Below, in pieces: positions 50,845 to 59,887 of a stretch of 64,000 bases of DNA. A model generated the notes under the pieces. It was not told the DNA's origin, searched no databases, and saw nothing but the letters and a program-made list of their open reading frames with translations. A program made the translations under genes and the position numbers. Source of the DNA: an uncultured Pelagibacteraceae bacterium. Lineage in GTDB: Bacteria > Pseudomonadota > Alphaproteobacteria > Pelagibacterales > Pelagibacteraceae. The number at the start of each line of letters is the position of its first letter. Position 1 is the stretch's first letter. The DNA lies in NCBI GenBank assembly GCA_902574725.1, contig CACGPA010000001.1:2946-66945 (forward strand), given 5' to 3'.

Positions 50845-50881
50845 AAATATATTATATAATTTTAAAGTTTAAAACTTAAAA

Positions 50882-51997
50882 TTATAGACCTGCTTTCATA
50901 GCTTCCCATTTTTCACCAAGTTCTGTACCGTTATCAGCCCAGAATATTGGGTCAACTAGGAAGTAATTTTTAGTGTTAGCTGGTGCTGTTGGCATGTGTG
51001 GTACCATATCAGTCTTACCATCTTTATACCAAGGCTCTCCTTTTTTCATAACATCGATAGAAGATTTTCTCCAAGGAGCGTAAGCAATATACTTAGCGCT
51101 TCCTGCTAAACCTTCTGTACTTGTCATCATTGCAAGAGCTTTTTTAGCGTCAGCTTCGTTTGGTCCACCTTTAACAAGTGCAAAGTATTCATAGTCAAGA
51201 CCTTGTCCGTCCCAAACTTGAACGATTGGCGCACCTTCTCCAACTGTAGCGTTAAAGAATCTTCCATTCCAACCAGTTGCCATAACAACTTCACCACTCA
51301 TTAATAATTCTGGCGGTTGAGCACCTGCAGACCAAAATACACATCCACCGCTAGGGTCTGTGCAAAGTTTTTTGATCTTATCTAAAGCTCTTTGAACACC
51401 TTTTTCAGTTTCTAAAGCTTTATAGATTTTTGCTCCACCTTTACCTGGTTTAATACCATCTGCTGCTAAAGCGATTTCTAAATTAGTTAGAGCGCTTTTA
51501 TAGATAGCTCTTTTTCCAGGAAATTTTTTAGTGTTAAAGAAATCTTTTATAGTTTTTGGAGTGCCTTTAACATTGTCGCTGTTATACGCGTAATTCCAAG
51601 AATATAAAATATTTCCTACTGCACATTTAGAAGGCATGCTAGTAAAGAAATCTTTACTTGCAGGAGTTCCATCTGGTGCTGCTGGGAAGTCTTTATCGAA
51701 ATCAAATTCAACAAATATACCTTCGTCACATCCAGTAATAGTATCCATAGCAAATACGTCTATGATATCCCATACGATTGCGCCTGCTTCTTTTTGTGCT
51801 TTTATTTCTGATAATCCACCTGAATAGTCCACCCAATCAATAGGCACACCTAATTTTTTTGCAGTAGGATCACCATATCCTAGCTTTTGAGATTCTGTAT
51901 AAGCTCCACCCCAAGATGCAACAACTACTGCAAATGCTGATGAAGTTATAGAAAGAGCAAAAGATAGAACAAGTAACAATTTACTTAATTTTTTCAT
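50882..51997 (-). CDS. potD: ABC transporter substrate-binding protein (PotD/PotF family)
   Basis: Signal peptide; SWGGAY, WDIIDV, KFPGKR, LEIALAADG, WNGR; GGAGG RBS. Confidence 0.85.
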   Translation of the reverse strand: MKKLSKLLLVLSFALSITSSAFAVVVASWGGAYTESQKLGYGDPTAKKLGVPIDWVDYSGGLSEIKAQKEAGAIVWDIIDVFAMDTITGCDEGIFVEFDFDKDFPAAPDGTPASKDFFTSMPSKCAVGNILYSWNYAYNSDNVKGTPKTIKDFFNTKKFPGKRAIYKSALTNLEIALAADGIKPGKGGAKIYKALETEKGVQRALDKIKKLCTDPSGGCVFWSAGAQPPELLMSGEVVMATGWNGRFFNATVGEGAPIVQVWDGQGLDYEYFALVKGGPNEADAKKALAMMTSTEGLAGSAKYIAYAPWRKSSIDVMKKGEPWYKDGKTDMVPHMPTAPANTKNYFLVDPIFWADNGTELGEKWEAMKAGL

Positions 51998-52032
51998 TTA
52001 TCCTCCGTTTAAACGTTTTTTATAAAAACAGG

Positions 52033-52061
52033 ATTACAGCAAGATATAATATAGGAGTCAA
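52033..52061 (-). promoter_or_regulatory. Putative internal sigma70 promoter for potD
   Basis: Minus strand TTGACT-17nt-TGTAAT in the potA-potD spacer. Confidence 0.45.
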
Positions 52062-52122
52062 CATGCCATTTCGGTGAAAATGGGTCTATTTTACTGGTGG
52101 ATAGTTGGTTTTTTTTAGTGAT

Positions 52123-53211
52123 TTATTTTGAGTCTAATGCTCTAGCATCAAAGCTATTCCAGCTAACATTAATTTGGTTTCCAAGTTTTATATCCATGTT
52201 GGCAGAACTATTAGGAACTTTTAAAATAAAATCTTTATTTCCAAGCAAATTTAATCTAACCCTAGTGTGGTCTCCGTGATAAATAACTTCTTCAATTTTT
52301 CCTTTAAAATTATTTTCCATTTTCTCTTTAGTATTAATTAAAGCTCTTTCTGGTCTTAAAGATACAATAGTTTTTTCACCGCTTGATTTTACTGCTATTG
52401 GATTTGCTAAGATTTCTGAACCATCATCTAGTTTTACTTTGCATTTATCTTTTGACACATCTGTAACCTGTCCAGGAAATCTGTTATTTTCTCCTATAAA
52501 TTCTGCTACAAAAGAATTTACTGGTTCTTCATAAAGTTTGTCAGGTGATGAAAGTTGTTGAACTTTACCATCATTAAAAACTGCAATTCTATTTGACATT
52601 GTTAAAGCTTCCCCTTGATCGTGAGTGACATAAACAACTGTAACGCCAATGCTTTCGTGAATATGTTTAATTTCATATTGCATACTTTCTCTTAAATTTT
52701 TATCTAAAGCACCTAAAGGTTCATCCATAAGAACTACTGCTGGGTCAAAAACTAATGCTCTTGCAACAGCAACTCTTTGTTGTTGCCCTCCTGACAACTG
52801 ACCTGGCATTCTATTTTCAAAACCTGTTAAAGATACCATAGATAGAGCTTTATCAATTTTTTTATCTGTATCTTCTTTAGAAACTTTTCTAACTCTTAAA
52901 GGAAAAGCTAAATTTTCATAAACTGTCATGTGTGGAAATAATGCATAATTTTGAAAAACCATTCCGATACCTCTTTTGTGGGGAGGAATGTTTGATATAG
53001 GATTTTTATCTAAATATATTTCTCCATTAGTTGGAGTTTCAAATCCTGCTAACATCATTAAGCAAGTTGTTTTACCTGAACCAGATGGTCCAAGCATTGT
53101 AATAAATTCACCTTCTGCAATATCTAAATTTAAATCTTTGACAACAAGTACTTTGCCATCGTAGCTTTTATCTACTTTATCAAATCTGACGAATTGTTCG
53201 TTATTTGGCAT
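52123..53211 (-). CDS. potA: ABC transporter ATP-binding protein (PotA-like)
   Basis: GPSGSGKT, VFQNYALFPHMTV, LSGGQQQRVA, DEPLGALD, TOBE tail. Confidence 0.9.
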   Translation of the reverse strand: MPNNEQFVRFDKVDKSYDGKVLVVKDLNLDIAEGEFITMLGPSGSGKTTCLMMLAGFETPTNGEIYLDKNPISNIPPHKRGIGMVFQNYALFPHMTVYENLAFPLRVRKVSKEDTDKKIDKALSMVSLTGFENRMPGQLSGGQQQRVAVARALVFDPAVVLMDEPLGALDKNLRESMQYEIKHIHESIGVTVVYVTHDQGEALTMSNRIAVFNDGKVQQLSSPDKLYEEPVNSFVAEFIGENNRFPGQVTDVSKDKCKVKLDDGSEILANPIAVKSSGEKTIVSLRPERALINTKEKMENNFKGKIEEVIYHGDHTRVRLNLLGNKDFILKVPNSSANMDIKLGNQINVSWNSFDARALDSK

Positions 53212-53249
53212 GGTGATTTAAAACATTTGTAGATAACTTTTTCAAGTTC

Positions 53250-54416
53250 TTATTTTATGTGTAAATCTCTTGAAAAATTGCAAAATAATTCACTTCCTTT
53301 GTCTGTAACCCTAACAGATTCAGATGCTTCCACTCCCCAATCACCAAATTGCATTACAGCAATCATGTGGAAGCAAACATTTGGTTCTAAAACCGTCATG
53401 TCACCTTTATAAATATTTAAAGTATGTTCGCCCCAATCAGGTGGATAACCAATGCCAATTGAATAACCTGTTCTAGATTCTTTTTTAATATTATATTTAT
53501 CCAAAACAGCCCAAAATTTTTGTGCTACATCATCAGCTGTATTTCCAGGTTTCGTAGCGGCGATGCCCGCATCAAGTGCTTCGTTTGTTGCTTTCATAGC
53601 ATCTATTTTTTTTTGATCTGGCTTTCCTAACAATACTGTTCTTGCCATTGGACAATGATACCTTTTATTTACTCCTGAAAGTTCAATAATTGTTGCTTCT
53701 CCTTCAACAAATTTTTCATCCGTTGCTGTTAAATGTGAAGCTGATGTTCCTTTGCCTGTTGGTAGTAATGTTGCAATACTTGCGTATTCACCTCCAATTT
53801 CAGGAGTTCCTTTAAATAATGCTTTTTGTATTTCAGCAACGGAATCGCATTGTCTTACACCTGGATTTATACTTTCCACGGCTACCTTCATACCTATTTG
53901 TGATATTTTGGCAGCCCCTTTCATAAGATTAATCTCAGCATCTGATTTTACTAATCTTGTCCAGTTTACTAATCTTTCTGAATCTTTAATTTTTGCATTT
54001 CGTAAGCCTTGTTTTAACTTCTCATAACAATAAGCCGTAAAATAATGACTATCCATCTCCACACCAATATTTAATTTATCCCATTTATTTTTTTTAATTA
54101 AATCTACCAATGAATCGTAAGGATGCATTGGCCATGTATGAATATATTTTTCATCATAAACAATAATATTTTCTTTTTTTAGATAAGTTTTTATATAGGC
54201 TCCACCTGCATCTTGAGCTCTAACAAAACATAAAGGTTCTTCAGCATTTACATGAACTATTACACATTGAGAATAATAAAATGACCAAGCATCATACCCT
54301 GTTAAATAATTCATATTGTTTGTATCCTGAGAAATTAATAGTTCAATGCCTTTTTCTTGCATTGATTTTTTAACTTTATTTAATCTTTGTTTATATTCTT
54401 CTTTTGTAAATAACAT
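53250..54416 (-). CDS. M24 family hydrolase (ectoine hydrolase DoeA/EutD- or creatinase-like)
   Basis: NYLTGYDAWSFY, ASHLT, RYHCPMART, SRTGYSIG.GYPPDWGEHT; resembles the metal-independent DoeA/creatinase branch. Confidence 0.8.
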   Translation of the reverse strand: MLFTKEEYKQRLNKVKKSMQEKGIELLISQDTNNMNYLTGYDAWSFYYSQCVIVHVNAEEPLCFVRAQDAGGAYIKTYLKKENIIVYDEKYIHTWPMHPYDSLVDLIKKNKWDKLNIGVEMDSHYFTAYCYEKLKQGLRNAKIKDSERLVNWTRLVKSDAEINLMKGAAKISQIGMKVAVESINPGVRQCDSVAEIQKALFKGTPEIGGEYASIATLLPTGKGTSASHLTATDEKFVEGEATIIELSGVNKRYHCPMARTVLLGKPDQKKIDAMKATNEALDAGIAATKPGNTADDVAQKFWAVLDKYNIKKESRTGYSIGIGYPPDWGEHTLNIYKGDMTVLEPNVCFHMIAVMQFGDWGVEASESVRVTDKGSELFCNFSRDLHIK

Positions 54417-54418
54417 TT

Positions 54419-55165
54419 CTAATTAGATGAAAATAGTTTGCCAAAACCATTAATTGAATTATTTTTCCCAATTTTTTCAAGGGTATCCCAAATTAAAGCT
54501 TGATTGCTTGATAGAACAAATTTATTTATCTTTTTTTCCAATCTATCAATAATTGACAAAACTGGAAGTGCCGTACAAGAAACAAAAAGAGCATCAGCAT
54601 CTTTATGATCCATATTTATTAAAACATCGTACAAATAATCTTGGTCAACTTTACCAATATCTATATCTGACTCTATATCAAAATATGAATTTGAAGTAAT
54701 TTCAAATTTTTCATTTTTAAAAAAAGCTACAACTTCATCATTTAATTTTTTTGGATATGGTGTAAATACTGAAATTTTTTTAATATTTAATTTTTTTAAA
54801 GCTGTAATTGCTGCAGTACTTGGTGTTGTTACTTTTGCCTCTGGTTTTGCTAATTTTATTTTTCTTTCAATAGAGTCATGTCCAGCGGCAATTGTTCCTG
54901 AGGTGCATCCATAAACAACACAATCTATCTTCTCATCAGGCAATATATCGCTTGTAACATCCGTTACATCTTTAGACATTTTTATTAAATTTTCACTTGT
55001 TAATGGATTATAACATTTTATACGATTAACAAAAAAATCTATATTTTTATCTTTAATTATATTTACAAAATCCTTCTCGATCATAAAGTCACTTGCTAAA
55101 GCAATTAAACCAATTCTAGGGTTTGGTTTTTTTATAAACTGCGGTTTAATTTTTTTTAAATCCAT
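54419..55165 (-). CDS. Maleate cis-trans isomerase / Asp-Glu racemase family protein (EutA-like)
   Basis: RIGLIALASD..IE.D, YGCTSG and SCTAL (two catalytic Cys), TPY, SSNQALIW; start at 55165. Confidence 0.85.
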   Translation of the reverse strand: MDLKKIKPQFIKKPNPRIGLIALASDFMIEKDFVNIIKDKNIDFFVNRIKCYNPLTSENLIKMSKDVTDVTSDILPDEKIDCVVYGCTSGTIAAGHDSIERKIKLAKPEAKVTTPSTAAITALKKLNIKKISVFTPYPKKLNDEVVAFFKNEKFEITSNSYFDIESDIDIGKVDQDYLYDVLINMDHKDADALFVSCTALPVLSIIDRLEKKINKFVLSSNQALIWDTLEKIGKNNSINGFGKLFSSN

Positions 55166-57488
55166 AATTTCTATAGTTAAGATATCCAAAAATTAGTAAA
55201 AGTCCTAGAGAAAAAGGATAGACTAAACCTTTATTTGGTCTATTTAAATTTTCAATCTTGAATTCACTTATTATATCGCCCATTTCCATGCCATTCTTTT
55301 TAGCTAAACCATTCCATTGAATTGTATCAACTACTATTCTATTTTTATCTTCTGCTAAGTTAATCCCGTATTTTTCTAAAGTATATTTTTTCTCAAAAGA
55401 ATTTTTATTTATAACAAATAATTTATACCTATCTCCATACTCACTTGGTCTGGTAACTCTTATATGTACCTCTTTATTTGGTTCTAATGTAAGTGAATGA
55501 ATTTGATTTAAATCTTTATAATTATATTTGGGATAAATTTTATTAAGAGCAAATTCAGGAGATAAAAGAGATATTGATATTGCTAGAAATACTATAATTT
55601 CAAACCATCTTAATTTATTGAACATCCATCCTTGGGTTGATGCTGTAAACACTAATATTCCAATTAATGATGTAAAAATTACTAGTAATCCATGCCAAAT
55701 ATTTTCAATTCCGATTAATAACAGTTCATGATTAAATAAAAATACAATTGGTAAAATTCCAGTTCTTAAACTATACCAAAAAGCTTGAACTCCTGTCTTT
55801 AATGGATCACCTCCAGAAATACCTGCTGCCGCATATGATGCAAGCCCAACAGGAGGTGTAACGTCTGCCATTAAACCAAAGTAAAAAACAAACAAATGCA
55901 CGGCTATCAATGGAAATATAAATCCTGATGCATTCCCAACATCTACCAAAACCATAGACATTAGTGATGCAACAACAACATAGTTGGCAGTAGTTGGAAG
56001 TCCCATTCCAAGCAATAAACACAATATAATAGTTAATAAAATTAAAATCATTACATTATCTTTAGCAACTGATTCTATAACTATGATTAAGTTTGTACTT
56101 AAACCCGTAGAGCCTACAGCGCCAACGATAACTCCAGCTGTCGCGATAGCTATTCCAACAGCCACCATATTAATAGCTCCTTTTTCAAAACCAACAATTG
56201 TTTGATTAAACCAAATTTTAAAACCTTCTTTAAGGTTTTTATTTTTTGATGATTTAATTATTTTATTTAATAAATTTACAAAAACTAATGCAATTGTTGC
56301 ATAAAATATAGAATATGAAGCTGTTAATCTCAAATAAGTTAACAGATATACTAAAACAAAAATTGGTATTAAAAAATGCAAACCTGAGAAAAAAGTTTTT
56401 CTTAAATTTGGTACATCTTCATCAGGCATTCCTTTTAAATTTAATTTTAAAGCTTCAAGATGAGAAATATAAAACAAAGCGATATAAGATATAATTGCAG
56501 GTAAAAAAGCATGCTTTACAACTTCAAAATATGTAACACCTATAAAGCTTGCCATGACAAATGCTGCCGCTCCCATTACTGGAGGCATAATCTGACCATT
56601 CACTGAAGATGATACTTCAATTGCTCCTGCTTTTTCTTTTGAAAAACCAGTCTTCTTCATTATTGGAATTGTAAATGTACCTGTTGTAACTGTGTTAGCT
56701 ACCGATGATCCTGAAATTAAACCTGTCATACCTGATCCTAAAATTGCTGCTTTAGCAGGACCTCCTCTCATCTTACCAACTAATGCAAAAGCTAAATCTA
56801 GAAAGTATTGTCCACCTCCTGCTGTTTCTAAAAGCGCTCCAAATAAAACAAAAAGAAAAATAAAATCTACAGAAACACCAATAGGTATTCCAAAGATTGC
56901 TTCTTGATCTAACCATTGAAATCCAATAAGTCTTTTTAACGATAATCCCCCATGGGAAATTATTTCAGGCGCATACTTACCAAAGTAAGAAAATAATAAG
57001 AAACAGACTGCAATTATTACTAAAGGTATTCCAATAACTCTTCTTGTTGCTTCAAGTAAAATTAGTATTCCTAATATTCCTATAATAAGTTCAATAGGAA
57101 TTTTAATATTATCACTTAAACTTATATTTAATAATACGCCTCCTCTATCTACTAGTTGGTCATAAAATATGTAAATATACAAACAACAAAAGGCACCTAC
57201 TATGCCAATTAATATGTCAAATGCAGAAATATTTTTTTTTTTTGAAATTGGAAAAATTAAAAAAGCTAATAATAAAGCAAAGCCTAAATGTATTGCTCTT
57301 GCTGGTAAACCTTTAAACATTCCAAAATTAAAAATAAATGGAAAAGGTGAAGCATACCATAGTTGAAATAAAGACCAGATAATTGCAATAGCTGCAACAA
57401 TTTTTAAATGTATTCCTGTGAGATTTTTCGTTGGTGATAAGTCTTCACTAATTTTAGTTTCTACATCAGTTTTAATATTCTGATTCAT
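55146..57488 (-). CDS. TRAP transporter fused 4TM/12TM permease
   Basis: GGPAKAA, SGSSVAN, GQIMPPVMGAAAF, GMGLPTTANY, DVTPPV. Confidence 0.92.
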   Translation of the reverse strand: MNQNIKTDVETKISEDLSPTKNLTGIHLKIVAAIAIIWSLFQLWYASPFPFIFNFGMFKGLPARAIHLGFALLLAFLIFPISKKKNISAFDILIGIVGAFCCLYIYIFYDQLVDRGGVLLNISLSDNIKIPIELIIGILGILILLEATRRVIGIPLVIIAVCFLLFSYFGKYAPEIISHGGLSLKRLIGFQWLDQEAIFGIPIGVSVDFIFLFVLFGALLETAGGGQYFLDLAFALVGKMRGGPAKAAILGSGMTGLISGSSVANTVTTGTFTIPIMKKTGFSKEKAGAIEVSSSVNGQIMPPVMGAAAFVMASFIGVTYFEVVKHAFLPAIISYIALFYISHLEALKLNLKGMPDEDVPNLRKTFFSGLHFLIPIFVLVYLLTYLRLTASYSIFYATIALVFVNLLNKIIKSSKNKNLKEGFKIWFNQTIVGFEKGAINMVAVGIAIATAGVIVGAVGSTGLSTNLIIVIESVAKDNVMILILLTIILCLLLGMGLPTTANYVVVASLMSMVLVDVGNASGFIFPLIAVHLFVFYFGLMADVTPPVGLASYAAAGISGGDPLKTGVQAFWYSLRTGILPIVFLFNHELLLIGIENIWHGLLVIFTSLIGILVFTASTQGWMFNKLRWFEIIVFLAISISLLSPEFALNKIYPKYNYKDLNQIHSLTLEPNKEVHIRVTRPSEYGDRYKLFVINKNSFEKKYTLEKYGINLAEDKNRIVVDTIQWNGLAKKNGMEMGDIISEFKIENLNRPNKGLVYPFSLGLLLIFGYLNYRNYGFKKN

Positions 57489-57510
57489 TATAAAAACGAT
57501 ACCTTATTAT

Positions 57511-57543
57511 AAAAAAAAGGCCCAATGAAAATTGGGCCTTTTT
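57511..57543 (-). terminator. Intra-operon hairpin/terminator after the TAXI binding-protein gene
   Basis: AAAAAAAAGGCCCAAT-GAAA-ATTGGGCCTTTTT inverted repeat with A/T tails. Confidence 0.85.
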
Positions 57544-57564
57544 AAATATTATTATAAATTTGGA

Positions 57565-58569
57565 TTACATTAACCCAGCTTCTTTATAGTATTTAATAGC
57601 ACCAGGATGTAATGGAGCCGATAAACCATCAGCAATCATATTTTTTTTCTCCAATGGTCCAAATGCTGGATGTTGCTTTCTAAAATCATCAAAGTTTTCG
57701 AAAACAGCTTTTGTAACTAAATACACTAACTCTTCAGAAACATCTGCACTTGTTACTACTGTAGCTTTAACACCAAAAGTAGTTGCGTCTTTTTTCTGAT
57801 TTGAGTATGTACCAGCTGGAATTACTGCCTTAGCGTAATAATCTGCGCCATCTATTAAACCTTGAACTTCAGATCCTGTTAAATTAATTGGCGAAGCTTT
57901 AGCACCACATGTAGCAGCTTGTTCCATTGCACCATTTGGGAAACCTACAGAATAACCAAATGCATCAATTTTACCATCGCATAATGCTTTAACCTGTTCA
58001 GAAGAAGTTAGTTCAGTCGTAGATTTAAAATAACCCATATCTACTCCCATTGCTTTCATAAGCTCTTCCATTGTTCCTCTTTGACCAGAACCTGGATTAC
58101 CTATGTTAACAACTTTTCCCTTAAGTCCTTTGAAGTTTTTAATTTTTGCTTTTTTTCTAGCCCAAATTTGAAAAGGTTCGTTGTGAACTGAAAACACAGC
58201 TCTTAACTTACTGTATTGTTTACCTTCCCATTTGCTTGAACCATTATAAGCATGAAACTGCCAGTCTGACTGTGCTACACCAAATTGAAACTCACCTTCG
58301 CTGATTTGACCAATATTATAGTTTGATCCACCAGTAGATGGAGCTGTACATCTGTATGCTTTTGCAGATCCTTTTTTTCTACCATGTTCTTTACTAATGG
58401 CAGATTTATGTAACATCTTACATATCGCGTTACCAGTTTGGAAATAAACTCCAGTTGGCCCGCCTGTTCCTATCGTAAAGAACTCTGCAGATTTTGCTAC
58501 ACCAGTAAAAGATAAAGTTGCAACAAAAATAAGAAGAGCACTAGATAGACTTGATATTATTTTTTTCAT
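57565..58569 (-). CDS. TAXI family TRAP transporter solute-binding protein
   Basis: IGTGGPTGVY, STGGS.YN, AQSD, GNPGSG.R, PLHPGA.KYYKE. Confidence 0.93.
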   Translation of the reverse strand: MKKIISSLSSALLIFVATLSFTGVAKSAEFFTIGTGGPTGVYFQTGNAICKMLHKSAISKEHGRKKGSAKAYRCTAPSTGGSNYNIGQISEGEFQFGVAQSDWQFHAYNGSSKWEGKQYSKLRAVFSVHNEPFQIWARKKAKIKNFKGLKGKVVNIGNPGSGQRGTMEELMKAMGVDMGYFKSTTELTSSEQVKALCDGKIDAFGYSVGFPNGAMEQAATCGAKASPINLTGSEVQGLIDGADYYAKAVIPAGTYSNQKKDATTFGVKATVVTSADVSEELVYLVTKAVFENFDDFRKQHPAFGPLEKKNMIADGLSAPLHPGAIKYYKEAGLM

Positions 58570-58601
58570 TATTTCCCCTCTTTAGTGTTTATATTAAAAT
58601 G

Positions 58602-58654
58602 ATTGTACCAAATATTTAATATGAGTGTCTAGTTAAACAATAATATGTTTAACT
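58602..58654 (-). promoter_or_regulatory. Putative promoter of the TAXI operon with an abutting palindrome
   Basis: Minus strand TAGACA-18nt-(TGg)TACAAT at 58631-58602; perfect inverted repeat AGTTAAACA-6nt-TGTTTAACT at 58631-58654. Confidence 0.5.
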
Positions 58655-58660
58655 TGCTAT

Positions 58661-59887
58661 TTAAACAGATTCCGACCACTCACGCAATCTTTTAGTGCCT
58701 TCAATTATATTTGGTGCAAAATTATTAATAGAATTTAAATCAATAGTTTTATTTTTATTAAAATCATTCATAAAATTGAAACCATCAAAATCTGTAAAAC
58801 TTAGTCTTGCTAACATTTTTTTTTCAGAACAACCAAAATCAGATCCTGGCAAAAGAGCTACACCTGTATCTCTTAATATAGTTTTGCACATCTCACTTGA
58901 GGTAGAAAAATTTTTATTTGTAAATTCTGGCATTAAGTAAAAGCCACCTTTTGGTTTATTAATTATAACATCGTTAGATTTTAAATTTTCGTAAACATAT
59001 TCTCCTACACTCTTCAGAATATTTGAAGAGTTATTAATATAATTACTATAATCATTTTGATAAGCTGAAACAGCTGCATATTGAATTGGTGCACTTACTG
59101 ATGAAAATGTTTCGCTTGCTAAAACTTTAAGTTTATTTGTTATTTCTTTTAAAGAATGTGGAATTATAAAATATCCTAACCTCCATCCACCAGCACCACA
59201 CCACTTACTCAACCCAGAGCTTATTATAGTTTTTCCAGGACAAAAATTTGAAATTGATTTAAATCCATTATCAAAACTTAATTCTGAATATATTTCATCA
59301 GATAGTATTACTAAGTTATTCTTATTAGCAACGGTTGTTATTTCATCTAAATTTTCACAAACTTGTCCCGAAGGGTTATTTGGAGAATTAAGGAATAATA
59401 AATAATTTTTATTTTTATTTTTACTAATAATTTTTTCAATTTCTTCACCAGTTGGAAACCAGTTATTTTCTCTTTTAGTTTCAATCCAATGTACTTTGTT
59501 TCTACCAATTATCGCTTGTGGAGCATAAGAAACCCAACTAGGTGCTGGTAAAATAACATCACCTTCAAATAAAATATGAAGTAAAAACATCAACTCTTTT
59601 GAACCGGGTCCAATGACAACATTCTCAGCTTTATAATTGTTATTTTTTTTCTTTGAAGTATACGATGCTATTGCCTCTCTAAGTTCTGGCAATCCTTGCA
59701 TGGGTAGATATTTATTTTGATGTGAGTTATTTTTTAACTCATTAACTATATTTTCTGGAATCTGAAATGGAGATTGCCCAAAACCAAACTTAAATATTTT
59801 TTTTCCTTCTTTTTCTAGTCTTTGGGACTCTTCATTTATTAGAAGTGTAGATGAAGGTTTTAAATTTTTTATTATGTCTTTAATCAT
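58661..59887 (-). CDS. PLP-dependent aminotransferase class I/II (aspartate aminotransferase-like)
   Basis: GLPELREAI, PSWVSY, NSPNNPSG, SDEIY, GLSKWCGAGGWRLG. Confidence 0.88.
   Translation of the reverse strand: MIKDIIKNLKPSSTLLINEESQRLEKEGKKIFKFGFGQSPFQIPENIVNELKNNSHQNKYLPMQGLPELREAIASYTSKKKNNNYKAENVVIGPGSKELMFLLHILFEGDVILPAPSWVSYAPQAIIGRNKVHWIETKRENNWFPTGEEIEKIISKNKNKNYLLFLNSPNNPSGQVCENLDEITTVANKNNLVILSDEIYSELSFDNGFKSISNFCPGKTIISSGLSKWCGAGGWRLGYFIIPHSLKEITNKLKVLASETFSSVSAPIQYAAVSAYQNDYSNYINNSSNILKSVGEYVYENLKSNDVIINKPKGGFYLMPEFTNKNFSTSSEMCKTILRDTGVALLPGSDFGCSEKKMLARLSFTDFDGFNFMNDFNKNKTIDLNSINNFAPNIIEGTKRLREWSESV

Noticed and set aside
778-58940. Many short ORF-track entries antisense to or nested in long genes (e.g. 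778-1047, 1341-1658, 4150-4353, 15036-15275, 26042-26550, 37017-37340, 41540-41965, 53752-54027, 58695-58940)
   Set aside because: They overlap well-supported genes and show no family motifs; they are shadow ORFs from codon bias.
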